Notes: generated from the sequence alone by a model not told the origin. 64,000 nt of DNA from Trichoplax adhaerens (GCF_000150275.1 NW_002060943.1:9890209-9954208), one strand, 5' to 3'; positions 32,636 to 54,097 are shown, counted from the first letter of the stretch. Program-made: numbers and translations.

Positions 32636-33863
32636 AACTTCATATCGTGTACTGTGTACAGTACTGTACTACTGTACACTGGACTAAACAGATTAGAAAT
32701 TCCGTCTCGTTTTTCAGTCATGACAGCGACTTAGATACCAGGGACTACTAAAAAGAGAAGGGCAGCAAATGACCGTTCATTGATAAATATGAGGGTCAGT
32801 TTTTTTTGCTGGTTATTTTCTTATAGTAGCACATGAATGTAGCCAATCAACTCAAGGCTCACTTGCAAACGCAGAAACAAATAGACTTGTAGCAATGCTT
32901 TACAGTACACGGTATCAAATTTTTACTCTGAAATCCGAAATTCTTTCACACGCCCAATTCTATCTCCAATCCGAAATCTATTTAACGCAATTTATAAGTC
33001 CGACTCTGTCACGTTCTGTAATAGTTACATAATTAGTATGTTACCTTCTTTCTATATATGGTTAAATATCACGATGTTATTATCACGTCATGCGTATATA
33101 GATGTAGTTATGGTACTATATTAAGCTTATCTATATATGTATTCTCATGTTGCCATACTCGGTATGATATCCTATTTATAATATCTAAACTAGGGAAACC
33201 TTTCTCTTAGTGATGATCTTGTGATCTACGCCAGTAGATCAAAGGTCACAATAAAGAAAGTATATAAACTCATTATTTTAACAATAAAGTTAGTTCTTCA
33301 ACTTAATTACTGGGTCTCCTTGCTGAGTGCAGATCTAGTACTTGTTACAAAATTTGGAAGTTGTAACAGACTCTAATATATGGTTATACAGAATTGTAAT
33401 CAACAGTAACATCTGACTCGTATACTTTATACTTTCATAGTATTTTCGTACTGTTCATACTATGAGAGTATAAATTGACGCTACGCAATTTTCATTACAT
33501 AATACGCGTAAATTATTACCTACTGCTTCGTCGCCGATAAATTTCAATTAATAATTATAGTGGAAAGTAAATGAAAATTAGTTATCTAACCCTAATCAAG
33601 TAGTTGCTTTTCTACCTACTGTAGTTATAGAGAAGACATCAGTAACAGTAGCAGCTGCACATTGCCTACTACTTTGCTACAATCTTGGCTTAAAGTCTAT
33701 AAAAACTGTTGGAGACGGATATTACCGTTAATTCCGTTACTTCAGGCGACGATTTCAGTGCTCCACGGTTCACAATTCACAATTCATAATATAATTCACT
33801 TTAAATAAATTAAATTACATCATTTTTCGCTCATCAGTTACAGTCAATCGATTCATGGGCTTC

Positions 33864-34332
33864 TACAGTACAGTACAGTGTACACTGTAGTACAGGTTCT
33901 CGGGCGTACAGTACAGTACAGTACAGTACTGTATACTGTACTGTACAGTACTCTACAGTAGTGTACTGTAAAATTCTGCACTGTACTGTAGAATTTGCAC
34001 TCTACTGCTGTACAGTGTACAGTGTACAGTTTGTACTGTGTTTACAATACATTGTACTGTGTGTCGAAATTCTTTTTTCACAACTCTCTACAGATTCTGC
34101 TCTGTAAAGTTGTTGCTTTTGGGCCACCGCAGTAGTGTAATGTACAGTACGTACAGTACTGTACTGTACTGTGCGGTGTGCACTCACTAGTACTGTACTG
34201 TACTGTACTGTACTGTATAGTACTGTACTGTAGGGTACTCAAAGTTTTTATACTGTACTGTACACTATTGTACTGTACTGTACACGTAGTCCCCGTACAG
34301 TACTGTACACTGTACAGTACCGTAAAATACTG
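33864..34332. repeat. (GTACW)n pentamer array upstream of ARF
   Basis: The densest array in the window, e.g. gtactgtactgtactgtactgtactgta (34190-34217). Confidence 0.93.
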
Positions 34333-34634
34333 TTTTTACTCTATTCCTGTATAATAATATAATATAGTCAGTTCGTAATAAGTTACCTTTTCTTGCGCTT
34401 TCACGTCGGTTGCGGCCTAGAAGTCATCTGCGAAGGATAACAAAACCGAGTTATAAATTTACGGAGAAGTTAGAATTGTTTGATGTTAATTAGTATGCGT
34501 TGTGTTATAGAAACTATATTACTGTATTCTAATCGGATCACAATTAAAAAATCTGCTGAAATAGCTTATGTTGGTCTGATTTGTATTTCAAATTTTTTAC
34601 TTCAGATTATCAATTTACTTAATACTGCAGCGAA

Positions 34635-36476
<1,842 letters not shown>

Positions 36477-38393
36477 TATGCAAAATTATTGGCTACACTA
36501 ATTATTTCTTACTTTGTGAATAAAACACTAAATAAATCTCTAATTTCCCCTTTGCACTATTCATTCTGTAAATCGTACTTAAAAATAGCACTCAAAATAA
36601 ATAAATAATAGAAATACTATCTAGTCCTTTTACATGCGAATGGCAGATTCGAATTTTAATTATTATTACCATCTCAATATAAATTACGGGCTACAATCAA
36701 CAAATGAAAGGAGAATTGATACATGCTAGAATCATGATCTGTATATGATTTCGATTAGGTGCGTAAAGCACTAAGATTCCGAGGGTCGTTACCAGGATAC
36801 GAAACGTAACCATTATTTACTGGCCAATTAAACTATTACAGAAATTTTGGGATTACTCCACTAAATCCAGAAATTGAAGTAACAAAATACAGCATAATTA
36901 CCATTTCATGCAATTCGTAATATGCATGACGTATGTATTTCCGAAAGAAGCTTTCCTGCGTTGATACCCTTTTATTTACTTTACTGACAAAAATGAGCCG
37001 AGAATGGAACTGTTAACAGTCCAAACTAGAAATTTAAAATTTGAGCACTGGTGAACTGGAAATAGTTTAAATCCTAATATTCATATGCTGAATTTAAATC
37101 GATGTAAGATGCAATTTTGATTACCTTTACACAATGATATAGCTCTACGTAGGTATTGTACAAGTACAGGAGAAAGATAACGAAAGACAAATTAATTATT
37201 TGGAAGATTAACTGCTATTATATACTCACCCCTTAACTTAATTTGCTACATGGGCTAACTTATATCATTATGTTATGTTACTAGGTTAAATGTGCTTAAC
37301 TATAATATCTTATTTAGGGTCAAGTTGACCAAAAATCTGTTAAGAAACCCTTTGGTGCATTTTGATTGTTGGTGAGTGAATTATATGGACTGCATCCAGA
37401 TTTTTACAATGATAACAATTAAGCTCATAATTTAATTCTGTGCTACAAATATCGACAGATAGGTTCAGGGATATAATTAACAAAGTTCTGATCTTTAAAT
37501 AGATCCAAAAACTAATACCATGTTCATGAAGTATTCGGATCACAAATGATTAATATGTACGACTTAACGAGGATGTTAATAGTGATACTATACGTACCAC
37601 ATGATTAAGTAATTGGGGAAAAGTAGAACTATTTATGGCCACTTCTACATGTGTACAACAGAAACGATTTTATCAAAATTCAATCGATAATTATAATCAA
37701 TGGTAAACGGATGATTTACTGACTGTTGACTTTGTATCCAAGCGTATTAATCCCACCGATTTGACTTCGTTTAGTTATTACTGTGGACTTAGAAATTAAT
37801 TATAACATACTAATATTGAGGATTTTTTCATTGACATGTAATTAATGAAAATTGAATTAGGGCGATCTAAACGATAAATTAAGGGCTCCTACGTGAAATG
37901 AAAATTAAATCATTTGTTACTGACAATATTTTTTATTCTAGATTGCAGATAACATAGCATATACACCAAAACGAAATTTTGTAACTGTAATAACGTATAA
38001 ATGTAACCAGTGATACACTTTCGACAAGTACGAATGCAAAATCTTTAGACGATGATAAGGTATGCTAAAGAGAATTTTTCTTCAAGTAACAAAAACGTAT
38101 ATCAAAATGGACACAAGTGCCAGTATAGGTATGTTACATAAAATGGTAACATTTCACCGCACAAAGAAATAAGCTCAACCAGCCTGACCTAACTGGAAAT
38201 ACCAAAGTAACCAAATTTATTCACGTTCTGAAGCTTACAATGAAGGCTGTTGTTGTCCAGTACAGAATCTATATAGGTACATTGCTATAGCTAACTATCA
38301 ACATGCTTAATGTACACGCTAGCAATACTGACTCAAAGAAAATAATTACAGAGTAAGTAAATCGTAGTCGACGGATGTAATAATATTTCTCAT

Positions 38394-41300
38394 TTACTGT
38401 AAGCTATTGACAATTGATGATATAGATAGTGATGATAGAGAGGTACCACGTTTTGCTTTGTATGCTTTTTCCCCTCTTTCAGCAGCCAAATCTAAATATT
38501 CCTTTCTATAGATGCCAGACCGAGATTCAATAATGTTTGTTATCTTTGTTACGATTTCATCTAAAATGTAGAATAATGACAACTATACTTGAAACGAATG
38601 TGATGCTAAAAATCGCTATCAATATAACAGTATCTTAATGCCAGATAGGGCAGATGTCTACCGGGGTAGTATTTCCCCAATATGTTATTCAGAAATTATG
38701 GTTTGTAACTTCACCTGTAATATCAGTTGGACCATCAAAATCAGTATATTTATAAGTATTAGCACTAAATCTGACAATACGAAATGCTTGTCGATTATTA
38801 TGCTTATTAGGCTCTCCAATCTTTTCACATGCGACAACCAAATCAATATCAAATGACACCTAAATCAATCAAACAAACACAATTAGCTTTAATCATGGTA
38901 AAGGTTATGACGGCAACACCATAATAAAAATACTCCATAATACAAACTGGTTTCTGTTTCGACCAAAATTTAGACGTTCTTTGGTGAACGACCGGATCAA
39001 TTTCAATTTTTTCACCGTAAATACCTAACGGAGAGAAATTTTCTTGTCTTATTTTTTAGAAAGTACCTCATAATCCTAAAATGTAGATTGTTGTTCATAT
39101 GCATAAATTTACGTTCTTAAACAGAGAAACATCCTATACTGTTACACACCCAGCTGAATTTCCGTGTTGGCCCGAAATTTGTGAAACATGTTAACTCTGT
39201 AAGACTAAAGTAGTTTGGCGTTAGAACTGGCCATATTTGTGCATCACTTTTAGGTTTTCTAAAGCAAGTTACTCATTTTAAGACGTACTTTATATTGATG
39301 ACTAGCTAACGAGGCTTGAATACTAGATGTTCCTGCTATATCTTCCTCTTTATCTTGACTACGCTTACCTAGAATAAGTCGTACTTTGGGATTCTATCTA
39401 ATGAGCTAATTAAATGATGTAATTGGTAACTTACTATTTTGTCTTATTAAACAAAACTCAAGAGTTCCCATTGATTCCAAAGTCCTGGATAAGTCGATTG
39501 TTACCCTTGGTTCGCTCTTTTTCTCAAGGATATACTCCGGACCTTTATAAAAAAATGAGAAGTAAATTAAATACAAAATACGAACACTACCAGCATTGCA
39601 CGAGTATTATCTTTTATTTGTCGCACCCGTTTTTTTAAGTCTTCTCTTTCTCATCATTTTATCTAAAATATCTTTCATTGGTACATCCAACCGGTCCACT
39701 TGAACACTAGAAAAACCATTAAAAGGCAAGTATCTACATACAAGAACGTAAATATTCCCATTTAGCATACCAAATCACAATGAAGAAGACATAATTCTAC
39801 AATACTTACACTTTGACAACAATGTTTTTCTTCTTCTGCTCCTCAGGAGTCTCCTTCTATATTCCACAGAATTTGTATTAGACCATTTTGTGTGTGAAGT
39901 TATATTATATACTTTTTTAAATCATCTAAGAGTATATCTATATTACACGTTGTACCTCTACCAAGGCAAGCGAAGTAAATCCAAATCTAAAGATACTTTC
40001 TTTTGGATCAAGCGCTGTATGATGCATATAAAAAGAGTTACTCTTCTTTTAAGTTTTTCAGAAAAATGATTTAAAAATTATATACTGCACCAGGGAAATC
40101 CATGTCGACTTCACCATCATCCTCAGCAATGTGTAAAGCATATCCATGAGCAGAATTCGACTAAAAAAAATATAATTTTAATTTTGTCTATATAACTTTA
40201 CTTAACCTCACATTTCTAATATACCTTTAGAGGAGGTTTTCTTCCTTCATTGGTGTACTTCCACAAGGCAAGTCCAATAGCGTCTTGTACGCAAGCATTG
40301 TCTCCAGTCACAATGATCGTCATGGGTATTCCATTCTCTCCCTAATAAAAATTGTTGCCTAGTTGCTGTAACTCAAGCACTAATTTATCCATTACTTTAT
40401 ATATCCTTAGTGTTTGTTGAATACCTCAGGCAGCATCGTAAAATATATATTTATCTTCTTTGTAGCAGCTTCTCCAACATTTCCCTTCATAGTCCAAAGT
40501 GAAAACATTCAAATTGAGTTTATACAAATTGATTTTCAAGGAAGCTCTAATGTACTATGATCGTATTCATAAATGTAAACGTCATCACCTCTCCGTCAAA
40601 TTTACAGTAATCCTTGAACGGATTGTCTACATTGCCAACTTGCTCCAACAATAAAGCTAATATAGACTGGTTTGGTGCTTTAAATGGTTTGTCATATTTT
40701 TTGAACATTTCAGCCATTTCATCGTCTATTAAATTCATTGAGTATAACAACTTAAATTTAAAATAAATCATGTATGGGGGTCACTTTCCGATACAAAAAG
40801 CGTCAGCAATAACGTTTTCGCATTCCATTATAGGTACAGCATTAAGCAGCACAGCACAATTTAGATCATAAACTTAAGTCCGTTCACACATTCATCGTAC
40901 AACTATACTGGTGCGCGTATGCTGATACATGCTAAGGTAAAACAGCTTCTAGTAGCAACTACGGTACCACTAGTCATGGATTTAGTAATCTATGCACCAA
41001 AAAAGTAATACCTACAGTACTCAAATTACGGCTCAGCGACGCTTTCAAACTGCTATATGTAACCATTATTGGTATTATTAGGCTATTATCTAGTTCTAGG
41101 TGTGTACAGTATACGACTACTGTAAATTACAGTCAGCTTCATAAAGCCTCCAATCTACAATTTGACATACATGTAAGTAATTAAATTATGGCATTATGAA
41201 AATGTAAACCTGAAAGATCACGTGGTTTATCTTTCCAAGTGACATTCCGGCATTTCAATTTATGTTCTTTGCTGTTATAAATGTTAAAATAGTAAGAAAT

Positions 41301-42303
41301 CGAAATGATAGTGATGGTGTACTGTATGATCATATCATCAATTCCCTTTCTATACTATTAAGTTAAATTCAATCATATTAACATATCCAGTACGTGTACT
41401 GCTAACACTAAAACAAGTAATATCATAACCCTAGCAACATTACGACCTGTTCTTGTCTTTTTCAATCTTGGTTAACGATTTAGATCTTAGACTAAGGCTC
41501 GGAGTAGCGGATATATCCAAGGATTGGGAATATTTTTGAAACATCCTATCCTCGCTAATGTATGAAGTAAAAGTTATGTACTTATCACTATCTAACATAT
41601 AAATAAATGCAGCATAATTAAGTAAGCTTAAATGGGTGATAATTATATAATGGCATAATATAATTTACAAACTCTAGATGTAAGCGAAATTAAAGTACGT
41701 AATTTATCTTAGGTCAGGTCTAATCCGCATTCTTCAACATCGTCTAGTAACTGATTCGAAATACGCGTACAGCTACCTTAACTAAAATTTTAGCAGTACC
41801 CTTGAACTAAATAGTCTAGTTATGGACTTCCAATATAACATCATGGTACTGTCCAGTACTTAATTCAGTACATTATATTATACATTTACCATATAGTAAT
41901 GCCGGACATACCTACTATTATATAATTTCGTAATACATTTTTTGGCTTTCTTTGTAATTATTTCATCATCTTCATTTACAATTACTAATTCGCTCATACC
42001 TGCAAATACAATCATTTAATAATCTTTAATCTAGCATATTACGGCAACAAAAGCGTAATAACATAGTAAGTAGTATTTTACAATAATTAAGTTAAAGTGA
42101 AACTCTACAGAACACCATAATTTACAGCACTATGCAATGCCATAATGGCATTACGGTAGTTAGGATTACATGTTACATTTTATAGTTTCCGATAGTGTAT
42201 AGTAGTATAACGAAGCTTGAATTAACTAACCAGTATCGTCACTAGTAACGCAAGAGTGACGAATATGTGTTATAATAAAATCTGCGTCATCCAAGAGTGC
42301 CAT
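38394..42303 (-). CDS. MAPKAP1: TORC2 subunit SIN1 (target of rapamycin complex 2 subunit MAPKAP1), multi-exon
   Basis: N-terminus [25 protein letters not shown]|MSELVIV. CRIM-region motifs [38 protein letters not shown] and [25 protein letters not shown]. The PH-region exons end at stop 38394. Confidence 0.92.
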
Positions 42304-42557
42304 GATGGTTCATTGCCGTGCTTCAATCGAAGTTATTGGGAAAAGCACAGGAGTAATACAGTCTATAATTTACTTCTATAGCACAGGTGCACAGTAAATT
42401 CGGGCTTGCTATCGTGTTATTGCGCGAGCAGGATTCCGAGAGTTTTCTTATTGCTGTGCTGTTACTGTTTTACTAGTTTAGTCCTTCAATCGGTACAGTA
42501 CTAATACTTTCAAGTTTGTCTCGAATCTCTGCCTCTGATATTACTGTCACTCAATGA

Positions 42558-42870
42558 GTAGTACTGTACAGTCATAGTACTGTACTGTACTGAAGCCAGA
42601 AAATCATCGGTACTGTACACTGTACAGTACAGGACGCTACTTTAACTCCTACAGTACTAAACTGTACTTAACTGTACAGACAGTACTGCACTGTACAGTA
42701 CTGTACTGTACAGTATGAGTAATATTTCTACCGTACTTGTTGTACGAAAGATGTACTGTACAGTACAGTACAGTACAGTACAGTAGTATACTGTACAGTA
42801 CTGTATAATAAAGAGTTCCCAGAGTAAAGAGTAAAGTACTCGTACTGTATAACATATATATTATACTGTA
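42558..42870. repeat. (GTACW)n pentamer array between divergent MAPKAP1 and DDX20
   Basis: e.g. gtactgtacagtacagtacagtacagtacagtag (42753-42786); lies between ATGs at 42303 and 42967. Confidence 0.92.
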
Positions 42871-42966
42871 TATATAAATTTAATTATAATTATGATTTAA
42901 AGATCGATGTTCGTTGTCCTCACAAATCGGAATCGATAAAAGCTGTAAATCCTAGCTGATTATGCA

Positions 42967-47890
<4,924 letters not shown>

Positions 47891-48463
47891 TCACATTGTA
47901 ACTAATGTAGCAGAGACAGATTGAATTTAGAACATAAACTATTGTGAAAAAATTCGTTGTCAGCTTATTTAGGAAATAAATCACATCCAAATACATGTAT
48001 TTATAGTTTCGGTAACTAGGCACAAAGACAACTAAAATTATAGCTACATTTTCACTTATAACATATATTTACTATGAGTATTAACTTGCGACCTATACAC
48101 ACAGACAGAAAGCAATGCCGATTTTAAGTTAGAATTTAATAGTTCAATATTAAGCTATTATTAACCTCAATAATAATATGCGCTACAACAGGATATCTAT
48201 AAGCTGTATCGAATCTTTCGAATTCAAAATTGCATATTCCAATACAGGAATTTTATAGTACGATAACTGGTCAAGTAAATACAAAGATTTGCATATTAAA
48301 ATGCTTGTTATCACCTGCGGAAGGGCTACACAAAATAGTAAACAAACACTAATCTATAAAAGTACAACAAACTTTTAATATTCTGGTGGAAGTACGGGTT
48401 ACATTACAGATCACTTCTATTTTAATTTCCAAAAATGTTATATTAATAAGTAAAAAATATCTG

Positions 48464-51400
48464 TTACCAAAGCTGAGTTTCACGAACGTCACTAACTATT
48501 TGAGACGCCTTCTCTAGTGCCTGCATAATAATATATTACCAGATATTTTGAATCCAAAATACATATAGACCTCATATAAAATCGAATAATAATACCTTAA
48601 TCATATGTATAGTCCGATTCCGTTTTTCAATTACGTGTGGTGATTCTTCCATTAATTCAGTGATTTCTTCTTTAATGTACAGCCTTTCAACTAATAGACT
48701 CTGTAGATGCTTCTTTACGTTATTCACTAGGAAATGCATTATCCCTTTTGGTACGCTAGCAGTTTAAAACAATTTTTTAATATCCAAGTGAAGATTTAGA
48801 TTTAAATGTATCTCAAGATCTACTGGGCAGTAATGTAATGAAATCCAAGGTATTTAGAATAGCTGTACCTATCTTGTATGCTTTTCTTTACGATATCGTA
48901 GTAAGTCCTGATGAGACGCTCTAAGAACGAACCAAGAGTTGACATTACAGCATCATTTGTAATTCACATAGTTAAGAAATAGCTGTAAATAATATAAAAA
49001 CTTACTAATTAATTCAGCATCTACTCTTTCTCGATCAGTTAAATCCCGCCCGAAGCTTGCTGCATTTTCCTACAAAGGTTTTATTTTTATACTAATGTTA
49101 GCATTGCCATTTGTAGGCTAACCTCTTCATAGAAATTGTTTAACAATAGTTGATTTAGACTTGAAGCTAACGTCGGAATCATCCTTTCTTGCATTTTCTC
49201 CGTTCATCAGATAACCAAATGGAATTATTCTTTTACTAGACGGGTCATTGTTATTCTCGAAAGTCGTCTGTAACTCCACCGGAGGTTTTTCCACGCTAGG
49301 CTTAGGTTTCTTTTAACAAATACAGGGGTATATAACTTAACTTACAATAGATTTTATGACATCAAAAGATACTACTGATAGAAGTATAATGTTAAATAAC
49401 TGAGTTTCACAATTATCATACCCGGGTAATACGTCTATTCTTGTACTCTTCACCAGCCTGTTAATGTTTTATTTATTATCTCAAATCCAGGCCATTCGGT
49501 ATTGAATAATATATAAACATACCTCCGACATCATCCTTGCAATAATTTCATGGCCCGATGCAAAATCAGGATGATTAGTATTGATATAAGCTAATTCGAT
49601 AGCGATGAGATTGTCAACCTATAGAAAGAAGGGAACTTATAATAATAATATAATAGATAAATTCCTGTAAAATCTTAAATCTATAAAAAAGTAATTTACT
49701 AACCATCGAATTAGCAGGTTCAAGGCGTTCTCTAAGCAAAGCACTCGTAACTTCGACAATTCTATTGTGAACTTTAGAAAATCTATGAAGATCCTGTTAA
49801 ATACGCATACAGTATGCCTAGTTACCTACAAAATCGTGAGAATACCTTACGCTACACTGCGATTATACACTTGTAGCAAATTTTAGATATCATTTAACCG
49901 GAGTTATGCAATGCTGAATGATTCGCTGCATTTCTTCATGGACTAACTGTACACATCTTAGACTAGGCTCTAAAAGTCGCTTGATTTGTCTCTTGACCAG
50001 TAATTCGAAGGCTAACTCTGGAACAAACAACGTGGGTCTCGGACCCTAATTGTATATTGTATGAAAGAAAATTCATCTGTACGGTCTGTCACATAGTATA
50101 AATCTACTTCATGTAGTAGCGTAATACAAAAGTACCGTAGCATTTCTTATTGCCGTAAGGATATCAGTTGTCGATAAGCCCCCTAAAGGATCGATTCCTT
50201 CCAAGGTCTTAAAGTAAACTTCGTGAAAAATATGAGATATTCGTGCTCCACCAATGCTGAAAACAATAAAATGTAAAATTAATCGCCTGCCATTTACATA
50301 GTGCTTAAATTAATATGAAAACATTAAATCCAATAATAGTAGGCTATAACTGTGAGCTAACAGTTCCGCTATTTCAATATTTCCATGAGTCCCTTCTATA
50401 GTTGCACAATAATCGGCAGCAAACTTGGTAATAACCCTTAATAACTCAGGTCCCTGATAAATTAACAAGACACCACTAACACAATTAAACGATCATACAT
50501 CGTAGAAAATCAGTTAATCAAACATATGCAAACCTTCTCTATTATAGGTACACCAAGAGTAGCGAGTGTTTGCTGGCTATATGCCAACTTCAGATTTATC
50601 CGTGTCTTTAATTCCGGTAAACAATCACGAATATGAAGCAGCAATAACTGTATCCATAAAGACATAGTATTGTAAAAAATACTACACAATTTCATATTAC
50701 AATACTAGTACGTATGTACTGTATTTAGGAACCTACGTATACCTTATTTAAGGTTTTTGCCAGATACTGGATTCCATTTCTATCAGATAATCCAGGGTAC
50801 CGTTTCTGGAAAAATATGGCTTCATCACCGAGGGCTATTTTAATGGACTATAATGATAGTATGCAAATAATAAAGAACAAATATCTTTAAGGGATTTCAT
50901 GTATACAATTTTAAATTACAACATGACTACCCTAAACAGGAGGTCCAGTCTAGGACTGGACTGTACCGAGGGCTAAATTGGCTAGTCTCACAAACATGAC
51001 AAAAATTTATTACCTTCTTAACGTTGATATCTTGCTGACTACGATTTACCACACCAATAATCCCTAATTTTACGGGGATGACTGGCGTTATAGCGAATCA
51101 AAGAGCAATAAAATAACAATGTTAAAATTTAAGTTTAAGGCCACAGAGTTATAATCGATGCAAATTAAATAACACTGTTAAAATTTAGGTTTAAGGATAC
51201 AGAATTACATCGATAGCTATTTTAAAATATATACATCTACATACATACCAAGGGTACGTTAAGTATCAAGCATTCCTCTACTATAGAATCTACATTAGAC
51301 TGAAAATTATTAAATACGTAGCACAGAACTTACGGCGACCAGTTAAAATATCAGTCGCATCTGTACCGGCATCCATGAGATCAAGCTTCGTGACTACAGC

Positions 51401-53150
51401 TAACGTCCTCTTTCCTAACAAGATAAATATTTATTATAATCAGTAGATAGTATTATGTAAATTCACACAATCTTGAGTTTAAATTGATGACATATTTTAT
51501 AGAAAAAATCATGGAAAACCTGTAGGATCGACTTCGCGAGCCAACTTTATGGCCTCTGATGTAGCCATATCAGCATTAGCAGCGCTTATAGCCAAAATAA
51601 GAGAATTGGGATTACTGATATACTCATAACACAAATCATAAATTTGTTTTTCAATGTCTGGAGGTTGATCACCAACTGGCACCTATAATTAAAAAGTATG
51701 AATATCTACAGTAGGAATCTGTCAACGAGTATTACATTTCACCCAAGGTTAAACCTTTGTAAGTCCAGGTAGATCCACCAAAGTTAAATTAAGAACGTTA
51801 GGTGAATAGATTTTTAATTGAATCGGTTTCGATGATATACCCTTCGATATAATTTTTATATTTTAGTAGATTTAAAAGAAAATTTAGATTTTCACAATAA
51901 GAATCAATCATAATTGTCTTGCTACGGTGCTACACTGTGTATCTATCACTCTCGTATCGCTCAAAGTATCAACGACAGTAGTCACCTTGCCTAGGCCCAA
52001 TTCTCTCTCTGTTTCTTTGGTAATTTCAACCATGATATCGTTAAAGTCAGTAAATATCTACATGGATTTTAAGAATTTTCAACTCTTTGCAAGTAATCTA
52101 ATAATCGTTCAGTGTTATTTTTAACTGTCGCTCTATACTGTATAATCTGCCGCCCTGAAGAGCATGTACTGTACAGTAATATCATCCATAAACGCCGTAC
52201 GGTAGCCCCTATCAACTCCATCAATTTACTGTGTTAGATGACTAGTGAACTACTCAGAGAAGTAATGTACTTTGAATAGTCCTATGTACCCGTATTATGC
52301 AGTAGCTGTGTAATCATTCAAAATTATAATGGTATAGTATTGGTAGATTAAGGCCATTAAAGAAAGTATCCAACAAACAGAATGCTAAACTAACCGAATC
52401 ACAATGTAAGAACTTTCCCCACTCTTCAGGTTGATCTGTCATTCCATGAAAATTAAATACAAGTTTGATTAAAGATTGAATTGTAGTAAAATTGATCCGA
52501 ATGAGATTAAATTTGTAGACACAATACTGTACGTTAATACTGTACTAGTTTACAGTATATTCAGTACAACCTTTTTCTTCGCTTTCTGGATTAGCATGAA
52601 TCAACTGCAATATCAATGGTCTTCTGGTGACAATTCCGGTGCCTACACATGAAACACAGTTAAAAATATGATAATTATAGTAGTCATTACTCTAACAAAA
52701 GTTGCAAACATGCACCAACAGACCTCGAGGCAAAAAATCCCTTCCAACTATACTCTCCAGAACAGAGCTCTTACCGCTACTCTATAAGTTCATAAATTTG
52801 AGAAATATAACCACTAAGAATGCATGCCTTCATTTTAAGCATTCACATATGCTCTATACTGTACAGTGTACAGTAGTCTTCTGTTATGCAAACTTTCGTA
52901 AATCTAAGCTGAATATAGGTAACATAAAAACATATTCACTACAATACTGTAGCAATCCGCATTCAAAATGCTTCATGTGCCCCACGTAGTGTTCTGTAAC
53001 CCCATTCCGACTAAAATGTTGTTAAAACAATACAATCCTTACCTGAGTTCCAATAGCTACAATCTGAGGTAACTGAATAGCATCACTTGAGGCGCCAATA
53101 GCGATAAAAACTTCTTGAAGTTTGTTAATGACGGGCAGTAGCTGCTCCAT
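48464..53150 (-). CDS. DNM1L: Dynamin-1-like protein (Drp1), mitochondrial/peroxisomal fission GTPase, multi-exon
   Basis: Motifs: [27 protein letters not shown]|[20 protein letters not shown]|[44 protein letters not shown]. The GED domain ends [18 protein letters not shown]. No PH or proline-rich domain is present. Confidence 0.95.
51112..51214. repeat. Short tandem duplication (~56-bp period) in a DNM1L intron
   Basis: aaataacaatgttaaaatttaagtttaaggccacagagttataatcgat versus aaataacactgttaaaatttaggtttaaggatacagaattacatcgat. Confidence 0.8.
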
Positions 53151-53777
53151 AATGATGTGCAATAGTGCCAATCCTGCAATCCTTTACGACAGAGTACTGG
53201 AAATGTTTTAACTACAATAATACGGAAGTAAGATAACAGTCATTCGCCCTATCACTCAATTCATTTGATGGTAATTCATTGCAGCCCTGATAGGTGGATG
53301 TGCTCCATACGGTAACGCTAATCATTTAAACTTCATATTTACACTATTATTATATATTGCACAGTACCGTAAAGACATCATTAACTTTAATCAACGCATT
53401 TTACGTAATATACGACATATCTGCCGAGTGATCTTAAGTCTCTAGATCACTCGCACAGTTCCGTATGAAGATCACATACGGTACAAGATTATATAATTCA
53501 TCAGAAAATTACCTATTTATTTAGTAAGTGAACCGGTCAAAATGCAGAATTATTTATCCAGTTGCGTAATTCCAATAAGAATACTGCATCAACTTTTAGT
53601 GAATCCTAATGAAAATTAATTACTACTTTTTATCACTCCCTAGTTCTTGGTTTGCTTCACCGTCTTCTGACCGTTCTGCCCAGAAAAATTACGCGCTAGT
53701 ACGCGGCTACAAATTAGAGAATTATGAAATTACTACAGAAATAAAATCTCAGTGATATTTGTGCGCAGTAATCAGAT

Positions 53778-54097
53778 GTACAGTACAGTACGTTGTAGAG
53801 TCTACATAGTATTACTGCACTAGTGTTGTACTGTAAATTATATAGATCATAAAGGTATTGGTCTGTACCTAAGACATTTAATTAAAACCTGAGCAGTTGA
53901 GCAGCCGTTAAATCCATGAAGCATCAGCCTGCTCAAGTTAGATGATAGCAACTTAGCACTAGCATCATATCATACAGTACCTGTACACTGTACTGTACAG
54001 TATGACATGATGCTAGTGCACTACTGTACAGTACAGTACAGTCTGTACTGTACTGTATTGTACTGTACAGTACAGTACACTGTGTAATGTACTGTAC
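53778..54097. repeat. (GTACW)n pentamer array between divergent DNM1L and KATNB1
   Basis: Dense units at 53973-54097 plus a run at 53778-53791. Confidence 0.9.

Noticed and set aside
33864-34332. Pentamer arrays as CRISPR-like or telomeric repeats
   Set aside because: There is no constant 23-50-bp repeat with unique spacers and no cas genes. The context is eukaryotic, the unit is not TTAGGG, and it switches strand.
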